Source: Tubiluchus corallicola
Taxonomy: Eukaryota > Animalia > Priapulida
Reading direction: 5' to 3'
Assembly (NCBI GenBank): GCA_030141605.1
Contig: JAQGDQ010000294.1
Location: 186,001-250,000, forward strand
DNA length: 64,000 bases
Positions 10,489 through 22,190 of the stretch are shown here, piece after piece. The notes under the pieces were generated by a model that saw nothing but the letters and a program-made list of their open reading frames with translations, did not search any database and was not told the DNA's origin. The translations under genes were made by a program, and so were the position numbers. Position 1 is the stretch's first letter, and each line of letters opens with the position of its first letter.

Positions 10489-11846
10489 CTGTTGCAGAAC
10501 TCGACTATGCAGAAGAAGAAATAATCAAGTATGTGCAGAAAGAGAGTTTGCCGAAAGAATATAAAGACTTAAGCACTAGTCAGAACTTTATTAAGTCTAG
10601 TTGTCTGGCGAAACTTGATCCATTCCTATGTGAAAAGCAACTTATTCGTGTAGGTGGCCGAATAAGGCATGCTGATGTCAACTATAATGCTAGGCATCCT
10701 GTTGTTTTACCAAAAGGACATAAATTATCACGTTTAGTCATCCAAGATTTCCACACTACGCATGGACATGCCGGCAAACAGCATGTAATGTCTTTGATCC
10801 GCCAGAAGTTTTGGATTGTTGGAATGCGTGGTATGGTACGCAAGCTTTTAGCTGAGTGCAGACAATGTAGATTGAATAGAGCAACGCCACTGCACCAGAA
10901 GATGGCTGACTTGCCTGTAGACAGATTGCAAAGCTCTGGAGTGTTTGCTACTGTGGGCACTGTTTGCTTTGGTCCAATTATGGTAAAATGTGGTCGCTCA
11001 GAAGTTAAACGTTACGGCATCCTTTTTACATGTATGGCTAGCAGAAGCATCCATCTTGAAGTTTTGTTCACGATGACAACTGATTCGTTCATAAAAGCAC
11101 TAGATAGGTTTTGCTCCAGAAGAGGTAAACCTGACAAACTAATGTCTGATTGTGGAAGTAATTTTCTGGGAGCAAACAAAGAGCTTCAAAAGTCTGTAGA
11201 ATCTTGGAACACCAATGTTGTCACAGAAAACTTACTTCAAAAACATATTGATTGGGACTTTTGTCCTCCTCGGGCATCTCATATGGGAGGAGCTTGGGAA
11301 GCACTAATTAAAAGTGTTAAAAAAGTTCTGCACTCAGTGGCTCAAGAGCAGGTACTTGATGATGAGGGTTTGAGCACCTTATTCTGTATTGTCGAGAACA
11401 TAGTCAATACAAGACCTCTGACCACAGCGTCTGATGATCCGAATGATTATGATTCTTTAACACCTAACCACTTCCTTCTGATGGGCAGAAATGCTCCTCC
11501 AATACTTCCACTGGGTCAGTTTTCTGCAGGAGATGTTTATAGGAAAAAGTGGCGACAGATACAATATCTTTCTAATGTATTTTGGAATCGCTGGAAATTA
11601 GAGTATTTGCCGATGCTCCAACAACGTTCAAAATGGCACAAAGAAAAACAGAATCTCAAGGAGGATGACGTTGTTCTAATTATGGATACAACTCCAAGAA
11701 ATTGTTGGCTGCTTGGACGTGTTGTAAAAACCCACGTCAGTAAGGATGGTCTGGTGAGGAGTGTCACCTTGAAAACCAAAGAGGGGTTTCTTAAACGTCC
11801 TATACACAAGTTGTGTTTCATTGAAGGTCAGATGATGAACGTGTGA
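10461..11846 (+). pseudogene. BEL/Pao integrase region, frameshifted from ORF1, first catalytic Asp mutated
   Basis: LTVAELDYAE...LDPF...IRVGGRI; HHCC finger (HTTHGHAG...CRQC); core GTVCFGP (expected GxDxFGP; codon GTT at 10962), SDCGSNF, GGAWE; C-terminal FWNRWKLEYL...DGLVRSV...RPIHKLC. Its frame is -1 relative to ORF1 at ~10440-10485. Confidence 0.88.
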
Positions 11847-11888
11847 TTGCTTTTTTGTTAGGTGATAAATGCTCGTGGAGACATTTAT

Positions 11889-11896
11889 GGGGGCGG
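11889..11896 (+). promoter_or_regulatory. Polypurine tract (PPT)
   Basis: GGGGGCGG immediately 5' of the 3' LTR TG, as is typical of BEL/Pao elements. Confidence 0.85.
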
Positions 11897-12317
11897 TGTT
11901 AAGCACATACACGTTTCCCTACCTATTAAATGTGGTCTTGCCCCTTTAACTGTCATCAGTCATGTGACCAGGTAGTTGGCCAGGTAGACATTACCTGACA
12001 TGCAATTCAATTGATATGATGTGAATGTTGTTGTTGATTTCTTATTGTTTTTTCTTGCAAGTTATAAGTGCCAAAACTCAGGGAGACCACATGTAAGTGT
12101 CTAATTATGTTTATTGAACTACTTTATGCTATTAGAACAATTTAGCTGTCATTTTTTGTACAATTGTAGACGATAATCACGTTAGCTAATTTCGTAATGT
12201 ACCTTTATCAAACTTACCTTTTTCATTGAAAACTTATTGCTGTAATTTATTATTACAGATAAAACGACAATTGCTGCATGTTAAACATTTGATGTTCTGG
12301 AGTTTAAATGTAGTACA
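11897..12317 (+). repeat. 3' LTR (421 bp)
   Basis: Direct repeat of 6302..6723, followed by TSD CTAGT. Confidence 0.97.
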
Positions 12318-14384
12318 CTAGTTAGAGAGCCTGTTTTCTTAGCATCATTCAGTTAACTCAGACGGGGACTTAAGTTGACAAAATCTAAATCACCAGTGAA
12401 TACTGAAAATACATATACTACTACTACTGAGTACTAGATATACATACGGGTATAATCTTAATCTTGTTAAGACCAATTCTAAGTTGGGAAGGGATGTACT
12501 GTCGCTAGTATGCATGCACCTCGCTCTCTTCCACCTTGGCTGCTCTCTATTATTGTTTGCAAATTAATCTATTTACTTATACATTATTGAGTGTTACGAA
12601 CGACGTTATCCACGCAGACTTCCACAATTGACAGTTCCTCGGACCGTAGCATGACAGTTTGAGCAATGCGAAAAATCTTTGACGTCGGTGCTGTTATCTT
12701 TTGGACAAAAGACGAAGCAAAAATCTGTAGTACATGTAGTTACGTTACTTACTTGCATTTTCACCCCAGTGTTTACTGTTTAGTAGTTATGTTTACAATG
12801 CGCGTTGCTGAAGATGATGGAAAATTGTGGAAAAATTGAAATTTTTCATTTTAGCTGGGTAAGCCACCTGGCAATTATGTAATTTTCCACTGTTTTCTTG
12901 GTATAATCATAATATGAGTGGCCTGCACTAATGACAAAAATAGCATGAAATGTATTTATTTATCTCCTGCATGCTTAATAGTACCCACAAACATTCAGAT
13001 ATTTTTAAAATATAATAAAATATATATATGGTTGGAAAAAATAATAATGTTAAAAATAAATAGTGAAATATAATGTATAACAACAATTAAACAAAATATC
13101 ACTTTTCTGTTTAGGTCTGTTGCGTATTGACATAATAGGTATATAATACCTTTTATCAGTTTTGTGGACTCTCTTTACAATATCTGCATTTTTTGGCAAA
13201 CGTCATTTCTACCAGAAAAGATAGACCTCTTCAACATCGTAAACCTGAACTAAGTGGCTTACCTGACTCACTTCTGTCATGGCCTTAAGTAAAATGACTT
13301 ATTTTTGTTAAAATGTCGTAACGGTTTCATTACTTGAAAAGTGAGAACTATATCAGCAAAGTGTATAAAGAGGATATCAGTGCATAAATTGAGTTGAATG
13401 TGACTGATCTAGTGACTATCGACAGTCAAAAAAGATTTATACCATTGTTTTGGCGCAGTGGAAGACTGGCGGGTGCTTCGAAGGGCAGATTTCTTTTATT
13501 TTAGAATTCCAATGCCTACAATTATAAGTAAGGGTCTCCCTAGTTTGATGGACTTGTGAACGTAATTTTGGACGCGATGGGCATAATTTCGCGCGCCCAT
13601 TCACAAAATAATTTAATGCAAGTAATATACCTATGTAATTGTTGACTCAGTGGGTTTTTATGTATAATGCCAGTTAGACGTTGGTTTAAACGTGATGGAC
13701 TTCATATGAAGTGCAAATCAATTTGATTAGTTTTTGCCACGTGGTTTTTTAACTACGTCCATTAAGTTAAGGACAGGAATGCGTGGCATCAACAAGTGCG
13801 TCATGCCATCTTTTTTAGAAAGTAGCAGCACCGAAACGAAAAAATGTGGATGCTTCGTAGACTTTTTGGCCTTTTTCAAATGGAAATTTGTAGTTTAGTA
13901 GATTTAATTTCATAAAGTAATTATTGACAGTCCTTGTGCTTTAATACTACAAAATTTGCCCTGGAAGTTTAAAAGTATACATTCTTCGAACATGCCTTAC
14001 ACCAACGATCTCAGAGAGTCCCAACTAAAAGGCCCGACTTTGGATATCATTGACCTCAGCCATTCTTCACTTTCAATGATGCATTCCCCTGATGCTGAGG
14101 ACTGTACATAATTATAAAGACGAAAATTTGACAATTGCCCACTACAGTATGTATTTTGCTTTGCAAATCAGTGAACAATTTGATTTCGACCTCCATAAGT
14201 CGTAACAAATTATAACAAATTACATTTGCTTGCATCACATTCAAATTTTAAAACAAGTTACTGTTTCTCGACTTTCTATATACCAAATGCTGTTTATAGG
14301 ACATTTGTAGGATAAATACGAAATAAGTAATAAACGAAGTACTTTCTTTTTCAGAGATGACAAGAGTATGAGTGTCCCTTAGAG

Positions 14385-16034
14385 ATGAGTATTGAAGGCA
14401 TTCCTGGAAAAACCTTTTATGCAAAACACAACAAAATGAGTCTTCCTTGTGAAAAACGGGAAAGCAAGCTTTTAAAGCTAGAGAAATGTACTGAAATGAT
14501 GAGAAAAGAGCCCATCTTCAAGAGCTATGTTCCACAGTTGGCAAGGCATGATCCTCCGTTTTGTTGGAAGAGATTTTATCGACAGCAAGCTGCCTTTGAC
14601 TATATAAAATCCAGCCGCAGCAAAACTCTGCATGTATTTGCTTTTGAGAATGAAACTGGAGATGGTTCCAGGCAATATCTTGTAACATCCTATCAACAAT
14701 TCTGGCATACCTACAGTCAAATGGCACCTGATGATCGTCGTTATTACGAGATAATAGAAACTGGTAAAAAGTGTCATTTATACTTTGATTTGGAGTTTGA
14801 GAAAAGTTTAAATCCTGCCAGTGATGGAGCAAGAATGGTGGAGAGTTTTATTCTCTTTGTCTGTAGTCAGCTGAAAAAGCTGTGGGATATAGACTGTGGT
14901 AGGCAGCATGTTGTTGATTTAGATTCAACAACCGACTCAAAGTTCAGTCGACATTTGATTTTCAATCTACCAGGAAAAATTGCCTTTGAAAACAATTTTC
15001 ACGTTGGAGATTTTGTGAAATTAATAAGTTCAGCCTTGAAAGCTGCTAGAGAAGTGTCTGTTACATCTTTTTCTGTACCAGAATCAAGCATTGATGCAGT
15101 GATACAGTCTTACATAGATTCAAAAAGTCACATGTATATGATTGACCGAATTCATGCAGCCACATTGGACACCAGTATAGAATTATTTGAAGATTCGTGC
15201 ATATTGTCTGAGAGCACAGAGAAAACGTGTGTAAATGATACAACAACCATTTGCCGTTTGAATGCAAGTACTGATTTGATTAGTCCATCTGTCAACTCAT
15301 TTTGTAACAGGCATCAGCGAGTCTATCGTCACCGCCATCATCATCGCCTGACTGTAGATGAACTTTCTTCTTTGTTTGTTAAAGACAAAAATGATGAATT
15401 TCGATTGTTCTGTGACGAGGGTGTTTACACCCGGAACAGAAACTTTAGAATATTTCTTTCGCAGAAATCTGGAAAAAACAATCCTTTAGTGATATCCAAG
15501 GAGAACAAATTTCATCCGCAGAAGCTTCCTGGATGCTCAGATGATGGTGCATTCTTCTTGAGTACACTGGTGTCAAATGTTAGTTTGTCGCCTGACACCG
15601 AGATTCTAATTTGCCGAAAACGGCAGCAGATGGCAGAAGAGTTTGATGCGTCGTCAAGACTACCGGTTGCACATGACGTGCATCACGTTAGTTATGAAAG
15701 TTCGCCATTTCCTAGGATCGATGATTTTGTTTCGTCTGTTGTGAAAAACGAAGAAGGACGGGGTTGCATCAGAAACTGGACATACTTTGAAAAATCTGGG
15801 CTTATATCTTACGATATAACTGGAAATCGTTATTGTGATCATATTAAGCGACAACACAAGAGCAACAATATCATCATTGTTGTTGATTTGAAGAGATGCA
15901 TTTACTATCAAAAGTGCCACGATCCTGATTGCAGATCAGTTAACTTTAAATCACAAGAACATGCCATTCCATGTGCCGTATTTGATGTGTCTTCTGATTC
16001 AGCAGACAAAGGGTTTGTTCATGTGCAGAGTTGA
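14385..16034 (+). CDS. PRIMPOL: DNA-directed primase/polymerase PrimPol (CCDC111)
   Basis: AEP motifs HLYFDLEF (DxE), KFSRHLIF (SxH) and FCDEGVYTRNRNFR. UL52-like zinc finger RYCDHIKRQHKSNN...YQKCHDPDC. Splice acceptor tttctttttcag ends at 14354. Confidence 0.95.
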   Translation: MSIEGIPGKTFYAKHNKMSLPCEKRESKLLKLEKCTEMMRKEPIFKSYVPQLARHDPPFCWKRFYRQQAAFDYIKSSRSKTLHVFAFENETGDGSRQYLVTSYQQFWHTYSQMAPDDRRYYEIIETGKKCHLYFDLEFEKSLNPASDGARMVESFILFVCSQLKKLWDIDCGRQHVVDLDSTTDSKFSRHLIFNLPGKIAFENNFHVGDFVKLISSALKAAREVSVTSFSVPESSIDAVIQSYIDSKSHMYMIDRIHAATLDTSIELFEDSCILSESTEKTCVNDTTTICRLNASTDLISPSVNSFCNRHQRVYRHRHHHRLTVDELSSLFVKDKNDEFRLFCDEGVYTRNRNFRIFLSQKSGKNNPLVISKENKFHPQKLPGCSDDGAFFLSTLVSNVSLSPDTEILICRKRQQMAEEFDASSRLPVAHDVHHVSYESSPFPRIDDFVSSVVKNEEGRGCIRNWTYFEKSGLISYDITGNRYCDHIKRQHKSNNIIIVVDLKRCIYYQKCHDPDCRSVNFKSQEHAIPCAVFDVSSDSADKGFVHVQS

Positions 16035-17954
16035 CACTAGACCAGAAGCAGAAGCTTTGTTTGCTTTATGCTTTGTTTTAAAATTATTTGTTAAATGCGT
16101 ATAGTTTATCGTGATTAATTTCGCACTAATGTATAATGCATTTTTGAAATGTAACCATCTTCATTGCTGAAGTCTTTTAGTTTTATGTAGTTAAATTTTT
16201 AGTCTATTCGATGCAACATTTCTACACTTTTCTACATGTAAGTAGATGTAAGATTTTTTTGACTTCCCTAAAAAATTTTTATGTTACTTGCTAGGTTTAT
16301 TTTGTAAAACAGATATTATCTGATTTGCATTGTGTTCAGAAATTTTGATTAGTTAGTCACATGGATGACTGTGATAGTTTTCATAACAGATTTTTAATAA
16401 TTATTAATTGGTGTTTGGTACTTGTAGTACATTATAAAATCTTGTTGTGTATTAGACCTGTTACTTATATTGTATAGCAAGTTGTCAGAATTATAAGAAA
16501 GCAACAAAATTCATTTACTGTTATTTGTAATAATGTGTAGCAAAAAAATTACTGCTGTCACAGTTGGCAAATCATACATAATGTGGTAAATAAAGGAATC
16601 GTGAAACTTCAATAAAAAAATTCTGGTTATATTGAAGACAGGACCACACAAGTCATAAATGATGTGTTTGAATTACTGTACTTTCTACTCAGTTGATCTT
16701 TTTTAGTTAATTACCGAGTTTAATTACTTGTCTCTTTAAAGTAGTATTTATGTTGCTGATGGATGCGTTTTGCAGGTGCGGAATAGATTACTGAGTCAGT
16801 TTATATTGTTTTCAATGCACCCGTTTATGCAGCCAGTGCATGCATTATTCTTTTTCTGCAGCTATTTCCTATTGATTTTTTTCCACAAACCATTCCGCAG
16901 GTGGAACGCATGTACATACTACATAAACTCCACTTTTAATAGCATTTCTATGCTACTTTTATGTTTAAGACGACTGTAAGTCTTTTTAAATTTCTATAAA
17001 ACTAGTTTTTTCTTTTAAAATTATGCCAGCACTCAGGTCCGTCATAAGGTAATTTTGCTAAAACTGAGTGCTTCTCTAAATGTTATCAAGAGATTGTTTC
17101 TAGGGCTATTCAAAAGGCACTATCATCTGCTATGGCAGTCCCTGTATGAAATGTCTCTAAGCATTGCTTTGCTTTATTATTACTGTCTGGCACTCTGCAT
17201 GTCGAGCGGCTTACTTAGACTTGAACCCATCACCTTATCAACGATAATTCTCCAAGCAGAATTGCCAGACCAGCAGGACTGTTTTAATCAGATTTGGATT
17301 TATCTACAGACTTGATCAGAGGCTCATGGTAAAGAGCAATATAGCAGATAGAATTGTCCAACAGCGGTGCGTAGACCCACCTTTTGAGTCGCCAAATTTG
17401 CGAATCCAGTAGGGTCTGCAAAGAACAAATCTGTGACTTTTTGAAATCCACAGACCAGAGCACAGCACTTACTGATCCATTCCCATCCACTTATTGACCA
17501 CACTCAGCATTGCTTAACTTACTAAGCACATTAGGTGATAACGGTTATCACCTAAACAGTTCTCTCTCGCTTGAATGAATTCGTAGTGTTAACACTCATT
17601 TTATATTTCCAAAAAATTCTGTCATATTTAGGTAGCAGGTAATTTTCTATTAATGGAGTGCTAACAGCTCAGGATTAAGTTATAAAATTACTTACATTAA
17701 GTTATAAAAGACAGACAACGCAATGCCTATCAAGATACACCATTCTCATGTCCTCACTGCAGGAGGAGGTTCTCAGCAAAAATCGGGCTTATAAGCCACC
17801 TCCGTACCCATCCTATGGTGTCAGAATGAAGTCATGGTCCTCTTCGACTATGAAGGACGAACTACAAGTTATAAAATAATACGACTCCGCAATTGTGAAG
17901 ACAGCATTACAAAGTCCAACCTGTTATGCGTTGCGAGAAGGTTATAAAGGGATT

Positions 17955-17959
17955 AAAAA
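17955..17959 (-). terminator. Pol III oligo-T terminator of tRNA-Ala
   Basis: TTTTT on the - strand directly after the discriminator base. Confidence 0.8.
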
Positions 17960-18031
17960 TGGAGATGCGGGGTATCGAACCCCGGGCCTTTCGCATGCAA
18001 AGCGAACGCTCTACCACTGAGCTACATCCCC
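17960..18031 (-). tRNA. tRNA-Ala (anticodon TGC)
   Basis: GGGGATGTAGCTCAGTGGTAGAGCGTTCGCTTTGCATGCGAAAGGCCCGGGGTTCGATACCCCGCATCTCCA. 72 nt, full cloverleaf, A and B boxes, G3:U70 pair, no encoded CCA. Confidence 0.97.
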
Positions 18032-20586
18032 GATCACTGTTTAACATTCTCCACAGCGGTTGATATGTGGGTCACAGTATTGTGGCGCTACCTTCAATAA
18101 GAAATATAAAATTATTTCATTACAATGTACAAAATTATAATAATTCTAAACTTTCATTGTATCCGTTGGCGCGTATTACATTCTCTGATAAAAACAGTGC
18201 TAGTTATTTGCGAATCATGAACTTTTTGCTTGCTAGTCGGCTTTTAGTCTATAGCAGGGGCCTATAACTATTGTTCTTCATTCAATTCATACTTATGACC
18301 CTGATTATAACACAGAATAATCATTTTATGATCTTAACGAGCAATGAAAAAAATCAAAAAATCCAAAATAAACTGCATTATTTTCATGTGAAAGGAACAA
18401 AGAGATTATTTCAATACATAGAATTTAAAACGAGTTATACACAAACGAGTATGGTGATAAACTGTTGTTTCTCATCGTTCAAAAGCATAGATGACTAGGA
18501 ATTTGGATTTAACTTTCATTTGTTATATATTTATAAAAATAATATTATTGGTGTTTAATTTTTTCTTGTTGCTTTCTCTCTTAAAAACCTGCCTAATTCA
18601 ACATTATCCCTCTCCAAATTATTGATACATTTGCAGTTCTGTAAACGTTTGAAAAATACAGGTCTGCATTAATGTTACTTTTTACAAGTGAAATTTCAAT
18701 TGATACTTTTGTGTCATGAGCCTGTTCTTTTTATTCCATATTCCATAAACCATTACACATAAAATCAATACACTTAAATTTATTGTAATTAGACAATTAT
18801 AATCAAATGACCAATCTCGAAAAGACAAATGTACGCCATCTTTTTTCCATAGTGGGACTGCTATATATGCCTACTATATGGCTTATTTATGTAACGTTTA
18901 CACTGTTTGCTAAAAAATGCTATCTTAGTTTTCAGCAAGTTGCATAAATCCATGTGACTTATACAAACTATATATTATGTTTAAGCTGATCAGTGCGTCA
19001 GAATTATAATACTTTGCTAATATGTAACTGCACATAGCCACTATAAAAGAAGTTTCAAAAAACAATAAAATTTATACAGAAGTCACATATTAAATTAGTG
19101 CAACTAATTTTCGTTCTTTTCAATTTATGTAGTGCAAACTCATTTCTTTTTTGTTACAAAAATGAATACAAAAATACAAATTTTGCATGCGAAAACTTAA
19201 ATCTTAAAGTAAACTTAGTTTTACAACTAGGCGTTACATACAGACCATTCTGCCTTGCAGATTTTCAAACCACTAGTCATCATACGGATTGCACAGTTAG
19301 CTCATTCTAAGAATATGTATATATTCCAAGAAATTATTACCCAATAAGTATATATTTTGCAGGAAATGAACTTTAAGTTTTAAAACATCTTAAGCATTTT
19401 CACTTATAATTACTCATATCATTAAAGCTTGAAATAAATTTATGCAGTTTTTGGTGCTAAACTGCTTCGCTGACTGTCATATCACATAAAGGCCCCGTCA
19501 CACCGAACAACAACCATGAAAACTTCACACAAAACAATGAATTTCTTGATTTTGAAGATGGTCAGATCTCCGAAGATCGTGGACCTGGGCAAAGTAAAAA
19601 AGAATTGCCTGATTTGCCTCTTCTGCACTACACTGGTTTCTTCCTCGCGGTCATACAATTCCTATGAACGTAGTCACATCGTACTAAAAGTGTTGTGCAA
19701 ACGTGAACAGACAAATCCAAAATCATAGCCTGACACAAGTGAGATGATACTACACGTACGACAATTTTAGTACAACAGAGTAAAACTCATAGTACGACTA
19801 CAACATTCATACCACACCCATAATGTGCTTCCATGGTGATCTGCTTCTTCCACGATCTCGTGACGATGAATGACCTTGAACATAATCAAAGTTTTTCTGC
19901 AAACATGAAGATCTTCTAGGCTATGATAATACGTCCCTAATCCTTGCCATTTCAACAACGCTTCTGCAAAGATGTAAAAGACTTCACTGACGGAAACTTA
20001 GCCAATTTCTAAAGTTGCACCAAATTCTCCAGTTGGTGTGACGGGTTTTAAGCTAAAAATGCTTATTACGCATACAAAATAACAAGCAATGATAGTGTGA
20101 CAATGTTTACTAAAAGCAGACCTCCAAAAATAAAACGAAATGGTGATAATGCAAGGTTCTTGCTCTAACAAGTAGACAAGTTACCAGAATCATAGTAGAC
20201 ACATCACAGCATTTAATGTAATAATTGAGAAAATGCAATTTACAATTAACAGTGTTTCGTTACTTTTATACTACAGAAATGGGGTAAATATAACTGATAA
20301 AACACAATTAGGCTTGAATGATATACATTTCACTAACGTCACTGCAAATATCATCAAAAAAATTTGTTTTAACTTTAAGTTAAAGACAATCACATTATAT
20401 AAGAAAATGTTGAAAGACCTTGCAGTCTTAAAATAATTATTTTTATTTCTTACACAAACTTTTACCGCAACGGGCTTCATCAGGTGAAAAATTTCAGAAA
20501 ACATGTTAAAAACAGTATATACCAGCATTAGAAACAGAAATAGCAGCTAAACGTCACTGGTTTAAGATACAAAAGATAGAGAAAAA
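18019..20586 (+). repeat. Duplicated block 1, copy A (paralogous to 27769..30097)
   Basis: Near-continuous high identity from GAGCTACATCCCCGAT to AAAAGATAGAGAAAAA. Paired spurious ORFs in the track (e.g. 20271..20528 vs 29783..30040) confirm it. Confidence 0.95.
19491..20048. mobile_element. PIF/Harbinger-like MITE (internally deleted duplicate at 29175..29560)
   Basis: Terminal inverted repeats GGCCCCGTCACACC...GGTGTGACGGGTTT in a TAA/AAA context. Confidence 0.55.
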
Positions 20587-20617
20587 TTTTGCGCGTTATA
20601 TTTGAATAAATACGGTT

Positions 20618-20924
20618 CTTAACTGTATAGATCATTTATTGCGCAAACATTTCTGCAAACTGCTAATGATGCATCTCATATTTCAATTGTTAAAAAAAAA
20701 TTGTACATACTCAAAAAAATAGTCCACACAGTAGAGATTGATACCTAGCATGCACGCAGTAGTTACGAGCAGAAATATATTTAAACTCCTATAGAAAAAC
20801 GTGGAGTCACTCCGATACCGTGACAGATACAAACTAAAATTCTAACGGAGAAACTAAAATATTCCGATGCACGCTACTAGACATTTTAATAAAATTCTGA
20901 TCAAAAAGACGCGAAGCTGTGCAA
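20618..20924 (+). repeat. Duplicated block 2, copy A (paralogous to 34313..34625)
   Basis: CTTAACTGTATAGATCATTTATTG...AAGCTGTGCAA is shared with 34313..34625. Confidence 0.92.
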
Positions 20925-20955
20925 TGGAATAGGCTCGATGTCTGTCAATCGCACG

Positions 20956-21366
<411 letters not shown>

Positions 21367-21979
21367 ACTGACACCTACCAGGGGTAACAAATAGTTTTTT
21401 TGCGCCAGAAAAAATGCTAATGAGTGGTTGTATGCCAAGGAGAATGCAAATTTATATTCAAAGTCACCCATGATCCAGTACCAATATGACAGGCAATAGT
21501 ACGTGAATAAGCGACAGGTAGAAATACGTTAATGCATCTATGAATAATGCATCTTTTCTGCGTGAAGCAGCTTGTGCAGGATTACGCGACATATTTTATT
21601 TTCTATAATACAAAACTGCTGCCATTCACTCGTTAATAAGGATAGCATGGTGATACTACAGTGTGTGTTGTGTTTACCAGCGTATAGAAGTCTCAAAGTT
21701 TTTACGAGCCTCAGATGAACACAAGTTGTGATATAGGAATCAAACAAAACTCCCTTTGGCGCTGCAGTGGTTGAGGCAAATGTTGTGGTAATGCAGGTAG
21801 AACAAAATTACTATTGTAAAAGTGTTTTAGCGGTTGTGAAAAAATAATCGAAATGCGAAAACGTGGTACACCCATGTGTATTCAGTATATATTTGTAAGT
21901 AGTTTCTCTTTTGATAATATTGGAGTTAATTGAACAACCGTTCCCAAAAATGTGCGCAACATCATGCTGCGCTCGTTCT

Positions 21980-22190
21980 GGGTTGAGTGGCCGAATGGTC
22001 TAGATTTTAGGCTGCAACCACATAGTCTCGAGTTCGAATCTAGCGGCTGCAATCGCCAGAACATGTGCCCTACATCTTATTCGTTGTTTCTGCGTGCGCC
22101 CGTGCCGTGTTGTAATTGTAAGTCGATAAATAGCCCTTACTGGTAATGTTGGCTATCAAACAAGCGACGGTAAATTAAAGTAAAAACAAT
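21980..22190 (+). mobile_element. Probable tRNA-derived SINE
   Basis: A box TGGCCGAATGG and B box GAGTTCGAATC at tRNA-like spacing. The acceptor stem does not pair. It is followed by a non-tRNA body and an A-rich end. Confidence 0.5.

Larger units (their letters stand above)
6302..12317 (+). mobile_element. BEL/Pao LTR retrotransposon, non-autonomous (RT/RNase H deleted), carrying a glycogenin domain
   Basis: TG...CA LTRs at 6302..6723 and 11897..12317. 5-bp TSD CTAGT at 6297-6301 and 12318-12322. PPT before the 3' LTR. BEL-type Gag (DUF1759), triple zinc knuckle, aspartic protease, integrase and DUF5641-like C-terminus. Confidence 0.97.

Noticed and set aside
6975-11912. Antisense and alternate-frame ORFs inside the retrotransposon (and likewise inside PRIMPOL, GT92, ACBP and the ankyrin gene)
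   Set aside because: These are shadow ORFs of real coding sequence with no recognisable domains.
21980-22055. tRNA-Cys gene
   Set aside because: A and B boxes and a GCA loop are present, but the acceptor and T stems do not pair and there is no terminator. It was called a SINE head instead.
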